The position numbers and the translations under genes were made by a program. Under the pieces are notes generated by a model. The model was not told the origin of the DNA. It did not search any database and worked only from the letters and a program-made list of their open reading frames with translations. A stretch of DNA of 61,903 nt from an uncultured Bacteroidota bacterium (GTDB taxonomy: Bacteria > Bacteroidota > Bacteroidia > Bacteroidales > WCHB1-69), in the NCBI GenBank assembly GCA_902770735.1, contig CACXUB010000002.1, positions 1 through 61,903 on the forward strand. The letters are read 5' to 3'. Within the stretch, counting starts at the first letter, position 1, and each line of letters starts with the position of its first letter. Of the stretch, positions 36,574-46,500 are shown piece by piece.

Positions 36574-36615
36574 TAATGGTTATGGGTTATTGGTTGTTGG
36601 TTATTGGTAGGGTGT
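36574..36615 (+). repeat. Heptad array TAATGGT-TATGGGT-TATTGGT-TGTTGGT-TATTGGT-AGGGTGT
   Basis: Lies in the divergent capA/mreB promoter region. Same orientation as the arrays at 34900 and 37718. Confidence 0.85.
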
Positions 36616-36656
36616 AACTTTTTATCATACAAAGCGTAAAACTACAAGAATTTTTA

Positions 36657-36664
36657 TATTTTTG
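36657..36664 (+). promoter_or_regulatory. -7 box (TATTTTTG) for mreB
   Basis: 25 nt upstream of ATG 36689. This supports the trimmed start. Confidence 0.5.
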
Positions 36665-36688
36665 CAAGTTTATAAAAGAAGACATACA

Positions 36689-37720
36689 ATGGGATTATTT
36701 TCACTGTTTACCAGAGAGATAGCTATAGATTTAGGTACTGCTAACACCGTCATTCTGCATGACAACAAAGTAGTGGTGGACGAGCCTTCCATCATTGCCA
36801 TCAACTCCCGCACGAAATCCGTGGCGGCGGTCGGCAAAAAGGCGTTGATGATGGAGGGAAAGACCGGTGAAGGCGGCGAAATCTATACGGTTCGTCCGTT
36901 ACGCAACGGAGTCATCGCCGACTTCCAGCCGACAGAGCTGATGTTGCGCGAATTCATCAAGATGACCAACACCAAACATTCGTTCATCACCCCGGCCATG
37001 AAGATGATTATCTGCATCCCGTCCGGAATCACCGAAGTGGAGGAGCGCGCCGTGCGTGAATCCGCGGAACAGGCCGGAGCCAAAGAGGTGCGCCTGATCT
37101 ACGAACCCATGGCGGCAGCCATCGGTAGCGGCATCGACGTGCTGGGTGCCAACGGCAACATGATCATCGACATCGGCGGCGGCACCAGCGAGGTGGCCGT
37201 CATCGCACTCGGCAACATCGCCTCCAAAAAGTCTGTGCAGGTGGCCGGCGACAAACTCAATTCCGACATCAAGGACTTCATGCGTCGCGAACATAACCTC
37301 GACATCGGCATCCCGACGGCCGAGCAAATCAAGATCAACGTCGGCGCCGCCATCACCCAACTCGACAATCCGCCCAGCGACTACGAAGTCTACGGCCGCG
37401 ACTTGGTGCACGGCATTCCGCGCAGTGTGATGATCAACTATCAGGAAATTGCCACCGCACTCAACAATTCTATCAACTCAATAGAAGATGCTGTTATGCA
37501 GGCACTCAACGTAACTCCGCCCGAGTTGTCAGCCGATATCTTCAAGACCGGTATCTACCTTGCCGGCGGCGGTTCCCTGTTGCGCGGTCTCGACAAACGT
37601 ATCAACAAGATCACGCAACTGCCTGTGCACGTGGTGGACGATCCTCTTCGCGCCGTCGCACGAGGCACCGCCATCGCGCTCAAGAACATCGACAAATTCG
37701 AATCGTTGACCAAATACTAA
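36689..37720 (+). CDS. mreB: Rod-shape-determining protein MreB
   Basis: Trimmed to MGLFSLFTREIAIDLGTANT (ATG 36689). DIGGGTSEVA, ..GIYLAGGGSLLRGLD.. Confidence 0.95.
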   Translation: MGLFSLFTREIAIDLGTANTVILHDNKVVVDEPSIIAINSRTKSVAAVGKKALMMEGKTGEGGEIYTVRPLRNGVIADFQPTELMLREFIKMTNTKHSFITPAMKMIICIPSGITEVEERAVRESAEQAGAKEVRLIYEPMAAAIGSGIDVLGANGNMIIDIGGGTSEVAVIALGNIASKKSVQVAGDKLNSDIKDFMRREHNLDIGIPTAEQIKINVGAAITQLDNPPSDYEVYGRDLVHGIPRSVMINYQEIATALNNSINSIEDAVMQALNVTPPELSADIFKTGIYLAGGGSLLRGLDKRINKITQLPVHVVDDPLRAVARGTAIALKNIDKFESLTKY

Positions 37721-37753
37721 TGGTTAACGGTTAGAAGGAATGGGTTTTAGTGA
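37718..37753 (+). repeat. Heptad array TAATGGT-TAACGGT-TAGAAGG-AATGGGT-TTTAGTGA
   Basis: The first TAA is the mreB stop codon. Stops fall in frames 0, 1 and 2. Confidence 0.85.
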
Positions 37754-37794
37754 TTCGAACAACGTAAAATAAGGAGTATTCTTGAATATTCCTT

Positions 37795-38541
37795 TTGTTT
37801 TTTTATATGATGACAATTTTCCATAAATACCGGTTTTGGGCTCTGATGTTGTTGTTGGCCGTCTTTCCCGTGTGGATGACGGCCCAAAACGAATCGTTCC
37901 AGTTTGACAGTTTCTGCCCGTCAGCACCGATCGTGAAGGATCACGAAGGCAACACCTACCGAACCGTGCAGATCGGCAGCCAATGCTGGATGGCGGAGAA
38001 TATGCGCTGCACCTCCTCCCCCTCAGGCGCAAGATGGTATTACAACCCCTCCTTCACCGCAGCGCAACCTGAATTCGCCGCCTACTACGCCTCCCCGGCC
38101 AATCCGCGCCATGGATTCCTGTACAATTGGGCCGCTGCCATGGACCTGACCACGCACCAAACCAGCAATAAACCCGTTATGCATCCTTTTCGCGGCATCT
38201 GCCCCTCTGGCTGGCACCTTCCGAGCAACGAAGAGTGGTCGCAGCTGTTCCAAACGCTGGGCGGCCACCATATCGCCGGCGAAGCAATGAGGGCCCCCAC
38301 GCAGATGTGGGAACCCTACTACTCCGTTGATTGCAGCAAAACGGGCTTCGATGCCACCCCCGCCGGCGCCTATACCGAAAACGGCTATCAATACGCCGGC
38401 TACCAGACTTATTTCTGGAGCGCCGACAACTTCAGCCGCAACCAAGCCTGGTGCTGCATTATCTACGACTTCAAAAACGAATGCTACAACTATCTGGACT
38501 ATAAATGCTACGGGCACTCCGTGCGATGCGTGAAAAACTGA
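37795..38541 (+). CDS. Fibrobacter succinogenes major paralogous domain (Fib_succ_major) protein
   Basis: 248 aa. Signal peptide. ..GNTYRTVQIGSQCWMAENM.., ..GFLYNW.., ..CPSGWHLPS.., ..YFWSA.., ..GHSVRCVKN. Confidence 0.75.
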   Translation: MFFYMMTIFHKYRFWALMLLLAVFPVWMTAQNESFQFDSFCPSAPIVKDHEGNTYRTVQIGSQCWMAENMRCTSSPSGARWYYNPSFTAAQPEFAAYYASPANPRHGFLYNWAAAMDLTTHQTSNKPVMHPFRGICPSGWHLPSNEEWSQLFQTLGGHHIAGEAMRAPTQMWEPYYSVDCSKTGFDATPAGAYTENGYQYAGYQTYFWSADNFSRNQAWCCIIYDFKNECYNYLDYKCYGHSVRCVKN

Positions 38542-38761
38542 CTTCGAACCGTGAAAAGTGCATTGCACGCTATCCGGACAAATCGCGCAGTTTAGCGGAA
38601 TATTGGCGTTTTCCTTCCACTTTTGGAGCGATGGCGACAGACTATAAACGAGTTTAGAAAGGTGAAAACGACACATCGACAACAATAAAATATTGATTCA
38701 CAGAGTTTTATATAAAATCAAAAAAATATTCTTTATTATGACGAGTGATTAAAAAAAAGTG

Positions 38762-38769
38762 TATTTTTG
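38762..38769 (+). promoter_or_regulatory. -7 box (TATTTTTG) for tRNA-Asp
   Basis: Within AAAAAAAAGTGTATTTTTGC, 20 nt before the tRNA. Confidence 0.6.
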
Positions 38770-38788
38770 CGCCGTCAAAACGACAAAC

Positions 38789-38866
38789 GGATCGGTAGTT
38801 CAGTTTGGTTAGAATACATGCCTGTCACGCATGGGGTCGCGAGTTCGAGTCTCGTCCGGTCCGCCA
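38789..38866 (+). tRNA. tRNA-Asp (anticodon GTC), CCA encoded
   Basis: Acceptor GGATCGG/CCGGTCC, anticodon arm CATGC-CTGTCAC-GCATG, T arm GCGAG-TTCGAGT-CTCGT, then G-CCA. Confidence 0.9.
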
Positions 38867-38872
38867 ACAAAA

Positions 38873-38906
38873 GTAGAGATGTAATCATTGCGTCTCTATT
38901 TTTTTT
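38873..38906 (+). terminator. Intrinsic terminator after tRNA-Asp, built from a GTAGAGA..TCTCTA palindrome-family copy
   Basis: TAGAGATG-taatcattg-CGTCTCTA then T8. Confidence 0.6.
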
Positions 38907-38956
38907 ATGTTCCAAAATAACACATCAAAATTCCTTTTTCTTAAACGGAAATTTCA

Positions 38957-38964
38957 TAGTTTTG
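38957..38964 (+). promoter_or_regulatory. -7 box (TAGTTTTG) for the AlbA_2 ATPase
   Basis: 29 nt upstream of ATG 38993. Confidence 0.45.
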
Positions 38965-38992
38965 CAACCTGATTTGATTTGACGATTGAAGT

Positions 38993-40480
38993 ATGGAAGA
39001 TATCAAGACCACAGCGGATTTGAAAATTCTGATAGCGGAGTGTACTGCATACGACTACAAGGTTGAGTTAGAGGAGCGGAAACCCAAAAGTTGGCTGAAG
39101 AGCGTGAGTGCTTTCGCCAACACTCGTGGCGGTTCGCTTTTCTTTGGCGTTGATAACAATGGCGTTGTCATAGGTCTGGATGATGTACAGCATGTGTGTG
39201 AAGCCATCAGCATACACATCCGTGACCGTATGGACCCACTGCCCGATGTGGAGATGATTCCGTTAAAGGTGGAGGACAAGATGATTCTGCAGGTGAAAGT
39301 TCATGAAGGCTATTACACCCCATACTATTATGTCGGTGACGGTCAGCGAGTCGCATACGTTCGTAATGGAGAAGAGAGTTTGCCCGCCACAGCCGAGGAG
39401 ATGGTTCGTTTGGTGTTGAAAGGCTCGAACAGGACATTTGATTCCTTACGTACGGACTGTAAAACGGACGATTATTCGTTTGCATTGCTGGCAAGTACTT
39501 TCAGGGAACGCACGCAACAGGAATGGGATAAAAAGTACCTGCAATCGTTCGGGCTTGTGACAAAAGATGGTTATCTCACGAATGCAGGAATGTTATTTAC
39601 GGACTATTGTGAGTTCAGCCAATCGAGACTGTATTGCACCCGATGGGCCGGGCTTGAGAAGGACGACGCACTGAATGATGCCGAGTATAAGGGGAACATT
39701 TTGCTATTGCTGCTTGAAGCGATGAACTTCGTGAAGTCCAGCACACGTAAAGGGTGGGAAAAGTTACCTGACGGCAGAAAGAACAAGCCAGAATATGCAG
39801 AGAGAGCCGTATTGGAAGCGTTAGTGAACCATTTCATCCATCGCGATTACACGGTGATGGGCGGTGAGGTGCATTTGGACATCTACGATGACAGGTTGGT
39901 GATAACGTCCCCCGGCGGAATGTACAACGGACAAAAGGTGCAAGACCTTGACATTGAAGAGGTATCATCTGACAGGCGGAATCCGATATTGGCTGATGTA
40001 ATGGCGCAGCTGGACTATATGGAGAAGCGAGGCAGCGGATTGAAGCGTATTTGCAATGAGACTCGGAGTTTAGAGTCCTATAAGGAAGATAGGAAACCGA
40101 AGTTCAAGTCATCTTCCAGCCACTTCATAACTACCATTTATTCAATGGAGTATGAGCATGAGAGGATAAGTGAGGAACAAGTAGAGGGGACAAGTAGGGG
40201 ACAAGTAAGTACAAGTAATAGTACAAGTAATAGTACAAGTAACAGTACAAGTAATAGTACAAGTGAGAAAACACTTCGACTGGTTCGCGTTATAAAGGAA
40301 GAAATGAGCATTAAGGAGATAATGGCAGAACTTGAGATGAAGAGTCGCCCTATGTTCTTGAACAATTATCTGACACCGGCTATAAAGGCGGGTTTTGTTA
40401 AAATGACCCAACCCGATTCTCCAAACAGTCCCACGCAACGGTATGTGCTCACGGAGGAGGGACGGAAACTGCTGGAATGA
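38993..40480 (+). CDS. AlbA_2 (Schlafen-like) / HATPase_c_4 'divergent AAA' putative DNA-binding ATPase with a C-terminal wHTH
   Basis: 495 aa. ..SVSAFANTRGGSLFFGVDNNGVVIGL.. (AlbA_2), ..EALVNHFIHRDY..TSPGG..RNPILADV..ME KRGSGL.. (HATPase_c_4-like), (STSN)n linker, C-terminal helix-turn-helix-like tail. Low GC. Confidence 0.75.
   Translation: MEDIKTTADLKILIAECTAYDYKVELEERKPKSWLKSVSAFANTRGGSLFFGVDNNGVVIGLDDVQHVCEAISIHIRDRMDPLPDVEMIPLKVEDKMILQVKVHEGYYTPYYYVGDGQRVAYVRNGEESLPATAEEMVRLVLKGSNRTFDSLRTDCKTDDYSFALLASTFRERTQQEWDKKYLQSFGLVTKDGYLTNAGMLFTDYCEFSQSRLYCTRWAGLEKDDALNDAEYKGNILLLLLEAMNFVKSSTRKGWEKLPDGRKNKPEYAERAVLEALVNHFIHRDYTVMGGEVHLDIYDDRLVITSPGGMYNGQKVQDLDIEEVSSDRRNPILADVMAQLDYMEKRGSGLKRICNETRSLESYKEDRKPKFKSSSSHFITTIYSMEYEHERISEEQVEGTSRGQVSTSNSTSNSTSNSTSNSTSEKTLRLVRVIKEEMSIKEIMAELEMKSRPMFLNNYLTPAIKAGFVKMTQPDSPNSPTQRYVLTEEGRKLLE
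40177..40267 (+). repeat. 12-bp coding tandem repeat (ACAAGTAATAGT)n, about 4.5 clean plus 3 degenerate units
   Basis: Encodes ..GTSRGQVSTSNSTSNSTSNSTSNSTSE.. in the linker of the AlbA_2 ATPase. Confidence 0.9.
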
Positions 40481-40564
40481 TTATTGTATCACAAGAAACC
40501 CAAAGAGAAAAAACTGTTTGTATTTCTTGTACATTCTCCTTTTTTCATATACCCGACTAACCGG

Positions 40565-42850
40565 TTAGAACCGCCACGTCAGACCGAAATAATACAGGAA
40601 CGGCAACTGATACACGATATTGTTGGTGGTTCTGTTGACGTAAAAGATGTTTTTGTAATTATAGACGTTTGTCATGGAAATACTGGCTTCGAGCGTGTGC
40701 CGTTGACCCAGATAGAACTTCTTCTTGGCACCGAGGTCCAGACGATGGTAGCTGGGCAGACGCGACTTGTTGAACTCGGCCAACAAGAAGTAAACATCTT
40801 CATTATTCGACACATAATCATCGTTGATATGGCTGGGATAATAGTGCGGATAGTAGGCTTGCGTCTGCGTGAACGGGAAACCGGAACCGAAGTTCCAACG
40901 GCAGTTGACCTCCCAAGAACGGCGTTTTCCGAACGAATAGGAAGCCACTAAGTTGATGTTGTGGCGACGGTCGAAATGCGGATTGTATTCGATCTTGCCG
41001 TCATTGCGGTTCACCCAACCCAAAGAATACACAAACCAAAGGTAAACGCCCTTCTGCTCGTACTTTACGGAAATGTCCCCGCCATAAGCGTTCCCCTTCT
41101 CCCAAATAAACTCGCTGTCTTCATCCGACATCTTGTAGCGATTGACGGAAATCAACTGCGAAAAGTTCTTGTAATAGCCCTCAAGATTAATGCTCAAAGA
41201 ACTGATGGGATCATACTCCAAACCTAAGATGACGTGTTGGGACTTTTGCAGACGACCCTTGAATTCCACATCGCTGCCGATCAACGTTTCGGGCAACAAC
41301 GCACTCTCCAGCGGGGAAGACAGGAAACCGTTGAACAGGCTGACCACATCCTGGTCGGAAGTGACGGAAACCAAATTCTGGGAATACATTCCTGCCGCCA
41401 ATTTCAATCGTAAATTATTGAGAATGTTGTACTTGATAGCTAAACGCGGCTCCGGGGAAACCTCTCCGAGCGAATAGTAGTATTGCAGTCTGAATCCGGG
41501 CTCGATCAGCAGTTTGTTCCGGAAATTGTATTTGTACTTGATGAAAATGGACATGTCCGTGGTGTGGTCCACGATATTGCGCTGCGAGTGATAGATCGTG
41601 TAATATTCGTAGTTCGTGTTGTATCCGACCACGTCGATGCCAACCTTCAGGAAACTTTTTCCCAAGTAGTAGTTGAACCCGAAATCGAAAGTGAAACCGT
41701 CCATGGAGCTTTTCCGCGGGTCGAAGCCGGCGTCTTCAAGCTCGGACTCGTACTTGGAATAGGACAGCGAACCCTCAATGGTGGTGGGCGCGTCGCCAGG
41801 CACGATGAGGAAATTGGTACCGACACCCCAGTTGTTCCAACCATATTTGGCTATAGAACTGTAATTCACCCTGTCGTCGTAGTTAAATCCGAAAATATTC
41901 CAGCGGGAACCGTTCCGGGTGGCCAAGGTCAACTTGCCATAGAGGTCAAGAAAAGTGTACGGCAACCCTTCCGAATTCTGCACATAAGGATAGAAAACCT
42001 TGGAGGATTGTTCCAAGAAAGAGCCTTTTCCCGAGAGGATGAAACTGATGGAGGTCTTGCGGTCATCTTTGAGTTTCAACAGCGGGCCCTCAAGCAGCAA
42101 TTGCGCCCCGATATTGCTCAAATCCACTTTGCCGGCGAGTCTTTTCTTGTTGCCGTCGCGCGTTTTGATGTCCATCACGGAAGACAACCTTCCGCCGAAC
42201 TCCGCACCGAAGCCGCCCGTGTAAACGTCCGCACTGCTCATGATATCCATGTCGAAAACGGAAAAAATACCGATGGAGTGGAAGGGGTTGTACAAAATCG
42301 TGCCGTCAAGCAGAAGCATGTTCTGCACGGGAGTACCACCACGCACATAGAGCTGGCCGCCCTGGTCGCCGGTGGATATAATGCCGGGCAGCACCTGCAG
42401 ATACTGCGCGAAATCCGGCTGTCCGCCGATGGCCGGCATCTTACTCATGTCTTTGGGTGTCACGCTGATGACCGATGTCCGGGTTTCCTGTTCCTTTCGC
42501 GTATTCTCACCTACAATCTGCACAGCATCAAGGGTTTGCGAATTCGGCGAAACACTGTAACGCTTCGTGATGGTACCATTGCTGCCGACAGCCACCGTAT
42601 CGAACAAGTCAACATAACCCAGGCGGGAAACTTTGACCGTGTATGTTCCGGCCGGAATCTTGTTGATGAGGAATGCGCCTGTTACATCCGACAACGCGCC
42701 GTAATTGGTTCCCATCAGTTGGACAGTGCAATAAGGCAGCGACTCACCTGTGGATTCATCGTATGTAAAACCCTTTAAGATAGCATGTTGAGAAAATGCA
42801 AAAAAACAAAATGCCACCAACAACAGAGTAATGGAGTATCTTTTATTCAT
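40565..42850 (-). CDS. TonB-dependent receptor with an N-terminal carboxypeptidase-regulatory-like domain
   Basis: 761 aa. Signal peptide, ILKGFTYDESTGESLPYCTV, plug region ..ISTGDQGGQLYVRGG.., terminal ..FGLTWRF. Confidence 0.85.
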   Translation of the reverse strand: MNKRYSITLLLVAFCFFAFSQHAILKGFTYDESTGESLPYCTVQLMGTNYGALSDVTGAFLINKIPAGTYTVKVSRLGYVDLFDTVAVGSNGTITKRYSVSPNSQTLDAVQIVGENTRKEQETRTSVISVTPKDMSKMPAIGGQPDFAQYLQVLPGIISTGDQGGQLYVRGGTPVQNMLLLDGTILYNPFHSIGIFSVFDMDIMSSADVYTGGFGAEFGGRLSSVMDIKTRDGNKKRLAGKVDLSNIGAQLLLEGPLLKLKDDRKTSISFILSGKGSFLEQSSKVFYPYVQNSEGLPYTFLDLYGKLTLATRNGSRWNIFGFNYDDRVNYSSIAKYGWNNWGVGTNFLIVPGDAPTTIEGSLSYSKYESELEDAGFDPRKSSMDGFTFDFGFNYYLGKSFLKVGIDVVGYNTNYEYYTIYHSQRNIVDHTTDMSIFIKYKYNFRNKLLIEPGFRLQYYYSLGEVSPEPRLAIKYNILNNLRLKLAAGMYSQNLVSVTSDQDVVSLFNGFLSSPLESALLPETLIGSDVEFKGRLQKSQHVILGLEYDPISSLSINLEGYYKNFSQLISVNRYKMSDEDSEFIWEKGNAYGGDISVKYEQKGVYLWFVYSLGWVNRNDGKIEYNPHFDRRHNINLVASYSFGKRRSWEVNCRWNFGSGFPFTQTQAYYPHYYPSHINDDYVSNNEDVYFLLAEFNKSRLPSYHRLDLGAKKKFYLGQRHTLEASISMTNVYNYKNIFYVNRTTNNIVYQLPFLYYFGLTWRF

Positions 42851-42972
42851 ATTTGTCTCGCTTATTTTTGAGGGCGCAAAGGTACAAAAAAAACAAAAAT
42901 TCCCATAAGTAAAAAAGAGGATAAAACAAATGGAAAATCTTCGTATTTTTGCATTCTGAAATTAATCCAAAA

Positions 42973-43488
42973 ATGAAAGACATGCAAGCATTAGTGAGTA
43001 TTATCATGGGCAGCACCTCCGACCTACCGGTGATGGAAGCCGCCTGCAAATTCTTTGACAGTCAAGAAATTCCTTTTGAAATGCTGGCCTTGTCGGCGCA
43101 CCGCACACCTGACGAGGTGGCCGAATACGCCAAGCACGCACACGAGCGCGGCATCAAGGTGATCATCGCCGGCGCGGGCATGGCCGCCCATCTGCCCGGA
43201 GTCATCGCCGCCATGACCCCGCTGCCCGTCATCGGCGTGCCCATCAAGTCATCGCTCGAAGGCATGGACGCCGCCCTCGCCATGCTCCAGATGCCGCCGG
43301 GAATCCCCGTGGCCACCGTCGCCATCAACGGAGCTCAAAACGCCGCCATCCTCGCCCTCCAGATGCTCAGCGTCAACAATCCGGAAATGATGGCCAAAGT
43401 CGTGGCTTTCAAACAAAATCTGAAACAGAAAATCGTGAAAGCAAACGCCGACCTCGCCCAAGTGTCCTATAACTTCAAAACCAACTGA
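42973..43488 (+). CDS. purE: 5-(carboxyamino)imidazole ribonucleotide mutase
   Basis: Trimmed to MKDMQALVSIIMGSTSD because the track start lies inside the TATTTTTG box. AGMAAHLPG, ..IGVPI.. Confidence 0.9.
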   Translation: MKDMQALVSIIMGSTSDLPVMEAACKFFDSQEIPFEMLALSAHRTPDEVAEYAKHAHERGIKVIIAGAGMAAHLPGVIAAMTPLPVIGVPIKSSLEGMDAALAMLQMPPGIPVATVAINGAQNAAILALQMLSVNNPEMMAKVVAFKQNLKQKIVKANADLAQVSYNFKTN

Positions 43489-43564
43489 TTTTTTGGGCTG
43501 TTAGCTATTGGCTATTAGCTGTTGGCCCATAACCCCAATAACCACTAACCTATAACCATTTAAG
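43489..43564. repeat. Intergenic region made of two opposed heptad arrays
   Basis: Plus-strand TAGCTAT-TGGCTAT-TAGCTGT-TGGCC (follows the purE TGA), then minus-strand TAAATGGT-TATAGGT-TAGTGGT-TATTGGGGT ending 1 nt before the addA-like ATG. Confidence 0.85.
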
Positions 43565-46500
43565 ATGCTCACGGTCTATTCCGCTTCGGCGGGCTCCGGC
43601 AAAACATACAACTTGGTGTTCGACTACCTCGCCACCTGTTTCAAAGGACACCTCAGCGCGTTCCTGAAACTGAAAGACCGTAGTCAATACCTCTGTCCGT
43701 TATGTGCTGGATATCAGCATATTTTGGCTATCACTTTCACCAACAACGCCGCTGCCGAAATGAAAGAACGGGTGGTGAAGCAGCTGAATGCGCTCGCCTT
43801 CGCCAAAACGGCAGACGACCTCAACCAAGACGATTTCAACACCCTTTGCCAAAAAGTCTTCGGGAAAAAGCACAACCTCTCGCGTGACGAATGTTTCCTC
43901 TTTATCCACGAGACTTCAAAAGCACTGTTACACAGTATTTTATATGATTACGCACGCTTTAGTATAACCACCATCGACAGCTTTATCCAGCGCGTCATAC
44001 GTTCCTCAGCCCTTTACCTCAACCTCAGCATGAACTATGCGGTTCAGATTCGGCTGACAGACTTTTTCCGTATGGCTATCGAACAGTATATCTGCGAGTT
44101 GCCAAACGACGATGTGCAGTTCAAGGTGGTGGTGAAAGAACTGTTATGGCAATTGGAGGATAAAGGCTACGTCAACATCAACCGGTTTCTGACGAAAGGA
44201 CTCGACATCATCTACAAAAACGCGGAGGAGAGCCACTCCCATCTGAAAAACTTCAAAGAGGTGAACGAGTTGCTGCAGATTGTGGAAGAGTGGAAAAACC
44301 GACAAAACACCATCCTTGAAGACTGCAAAAAAAAGGTGAAACCCCTGGCGGAAAAGGCCCTCCAAATCTTTCAAAACGCTAATAATGATGATTTCCGCGC
44401 CAATCAAAACACTTCCTGGGACAAATGGTTCGCCAATGTCGGCGATGATCCGTTCAATCTGATCAAAGGCTTCGAAAACAGCAAATGTGTGAAGGGCATG
44501 AACGAAAAAAATGTGCTGTCAGACAACCTGAAGCCCAAAAAATCAACAAAGCAAGAGCGGGAAGACAAAAAAGCGGACTATACTCTCCAATTGAAAGACT
44601 TATTCGAAAAAATTAAAAAAATTATCATGGAGAACGCCAACCCGTTCTTCACCTTTCGCGCATTGACCAAAAACGCCAACTATCTGCTGGTGCTGAAAGC
44701 CCTGCAGAACCACATCGAAAACATCAAGGTTCAAACCAACTCTTTCTTCCTGTCGGAAAGCAACCCCCTGCTGTTCGACGAGATTCAGATGAACAATGGC
44801 GAACCCTTGTTCGAAAACATGAAACAATACCGGCATATCTTCATCGACGAGTTCCAAGACACTTCGCAAATGCAGTGGTTTGACCTTAAGACATTGATAA
44901 TCAATGCAATGAGTGATTCAGGAAGTTTAACCCTCTTCGGTGACGTCAAGCAGTCCATTTACCGTTTCCGAAACGGCGACGCGGAACTTTTTTACCATCT
45001 TTCCTCGTTTGACCGTATGAAAAACAGCGATGACACGGACCTTGCAGCCCTGCTTGGTTCTTCTGAAAATTTCCATTTCATACCGCTTCAAACCAACCAC
45101 CGTTCGCAATCTGCCATCGTGGACTTTAACAACCGTTTTTTTGATTTCTACGCTCGGAGCATTCAACAAGATGCATATTACGAGGATGTTACACAAAAAA
45201 TCAAACCAAACAAAGAAGTTGGATTGGTGCAGATTTACGCTTACGAAAAGGAAAAACACAAAGATATCCGTTTGATTTGGCCGGATTGTAAGGAGGATTT
45301 CTACCAGAACGTCTATTTGAGCATGCCGATCGCGGAGGCTGAGCTGCTTTATGCGGTTATGGATGCGAAAAGACGCGGTTACTCGTTCGGTGACATGACG
45401 GTTCTGCTCAGCGGCAGAGGCAAATGCAACGACTTTGCCCGGTGTTTGCTGAGCGCGGACATACCCGTGGTCACATCTGAATCCTTGCAATTGTGCGATA
45501 ATCCGAATATCAACGTCATCATCAGTACCTTGCGCATTCTCGCCAACCCGTCCGACATATTGTCGCAAACAGCTGTTTTACAATATTTTGCCCAAAAACA
45601 AAACCTGAACTTCAACGATGTTTTAATAAAAAGCAACGGGCAGAATTTCTTCACTCTGCTAAGCGAATATTTTGATATTCAAGACTTTGCAAAGAAAATG
45701 AAAGAGTGGCAGAGCAACCCGTTCCTGGTAATGATGAAGGACATCATCCGTTTCTACGGATTTTCTCCCGATGCGGATCCCTTCATCGCGGATTTCATCG
45801 ACCTTTCATTCCAATACACGCAAACGCAGATTGCTTCCACGACCAACTTCCTCTCTTGGTGGGACGACTTGAATCTCCACAAAGACACCATTCCGCGACT
45901 CTCGCTGGAGGGTGTTTCAGACGCCGTACAGCTCATGACCATACACGCCTCCAAAGGGCTACAATTTCCTGTGGTCATCACCCAGTGCACAACTTCCTCT
46001 TCCCACGACACCTTCTACTGGGTAACCGATAAAGATACGAACCAAAGTTGCTATGTAAAGCATCAAAAGGAACTGGAATACTCTGATTTTCAAAGAGAAT
46101 ATAACGAGGAAAAATCGAAAAAGGAACTTGACTCCTTGAATTTGTGGTATGTGGATTTCACCCGCGCCGTTGACATGTTGTACATTTTGTCGGATTTTTC
46201 AAGCGACAAATCAGAAGACAAAAAAGAAGCCGAAGAACCAAAAGCGAGTGTGAAACACATATTGCGGCAATTTGTCGCGGATCCGCTCAACCGTTTGGAG
46301 AAAAAAGAAGAAACCGTTTACTATTTTGGAAACTCGGATTGGAAAATTAAGAAACCGGATCAAATAACGAGCATTCCCGAATCACCGTTTCAGGTGACCT
46401 GCTCGGAACTGACTTTTTGTGGTAACACTTCCCTGAAAGTTTCCCAGGCGGAAACCGACACCGAATCCACGGAAACCGGCACACACATCCACAATTTTCT

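Noticed and set aside
38767-38982. 71-aa ORF covering tRNA-Asp
   Set aside because: It overlaps a well-folding tRNA and its terminator, so it is spurious.
38789-40565. Integrative island at tRNA-Asp
   Set aside because: There is no integrase, no direct repeat of the tRNA 3' end downstream, and only one gene. I kept it only as a compositionally odd single-gene insertion.
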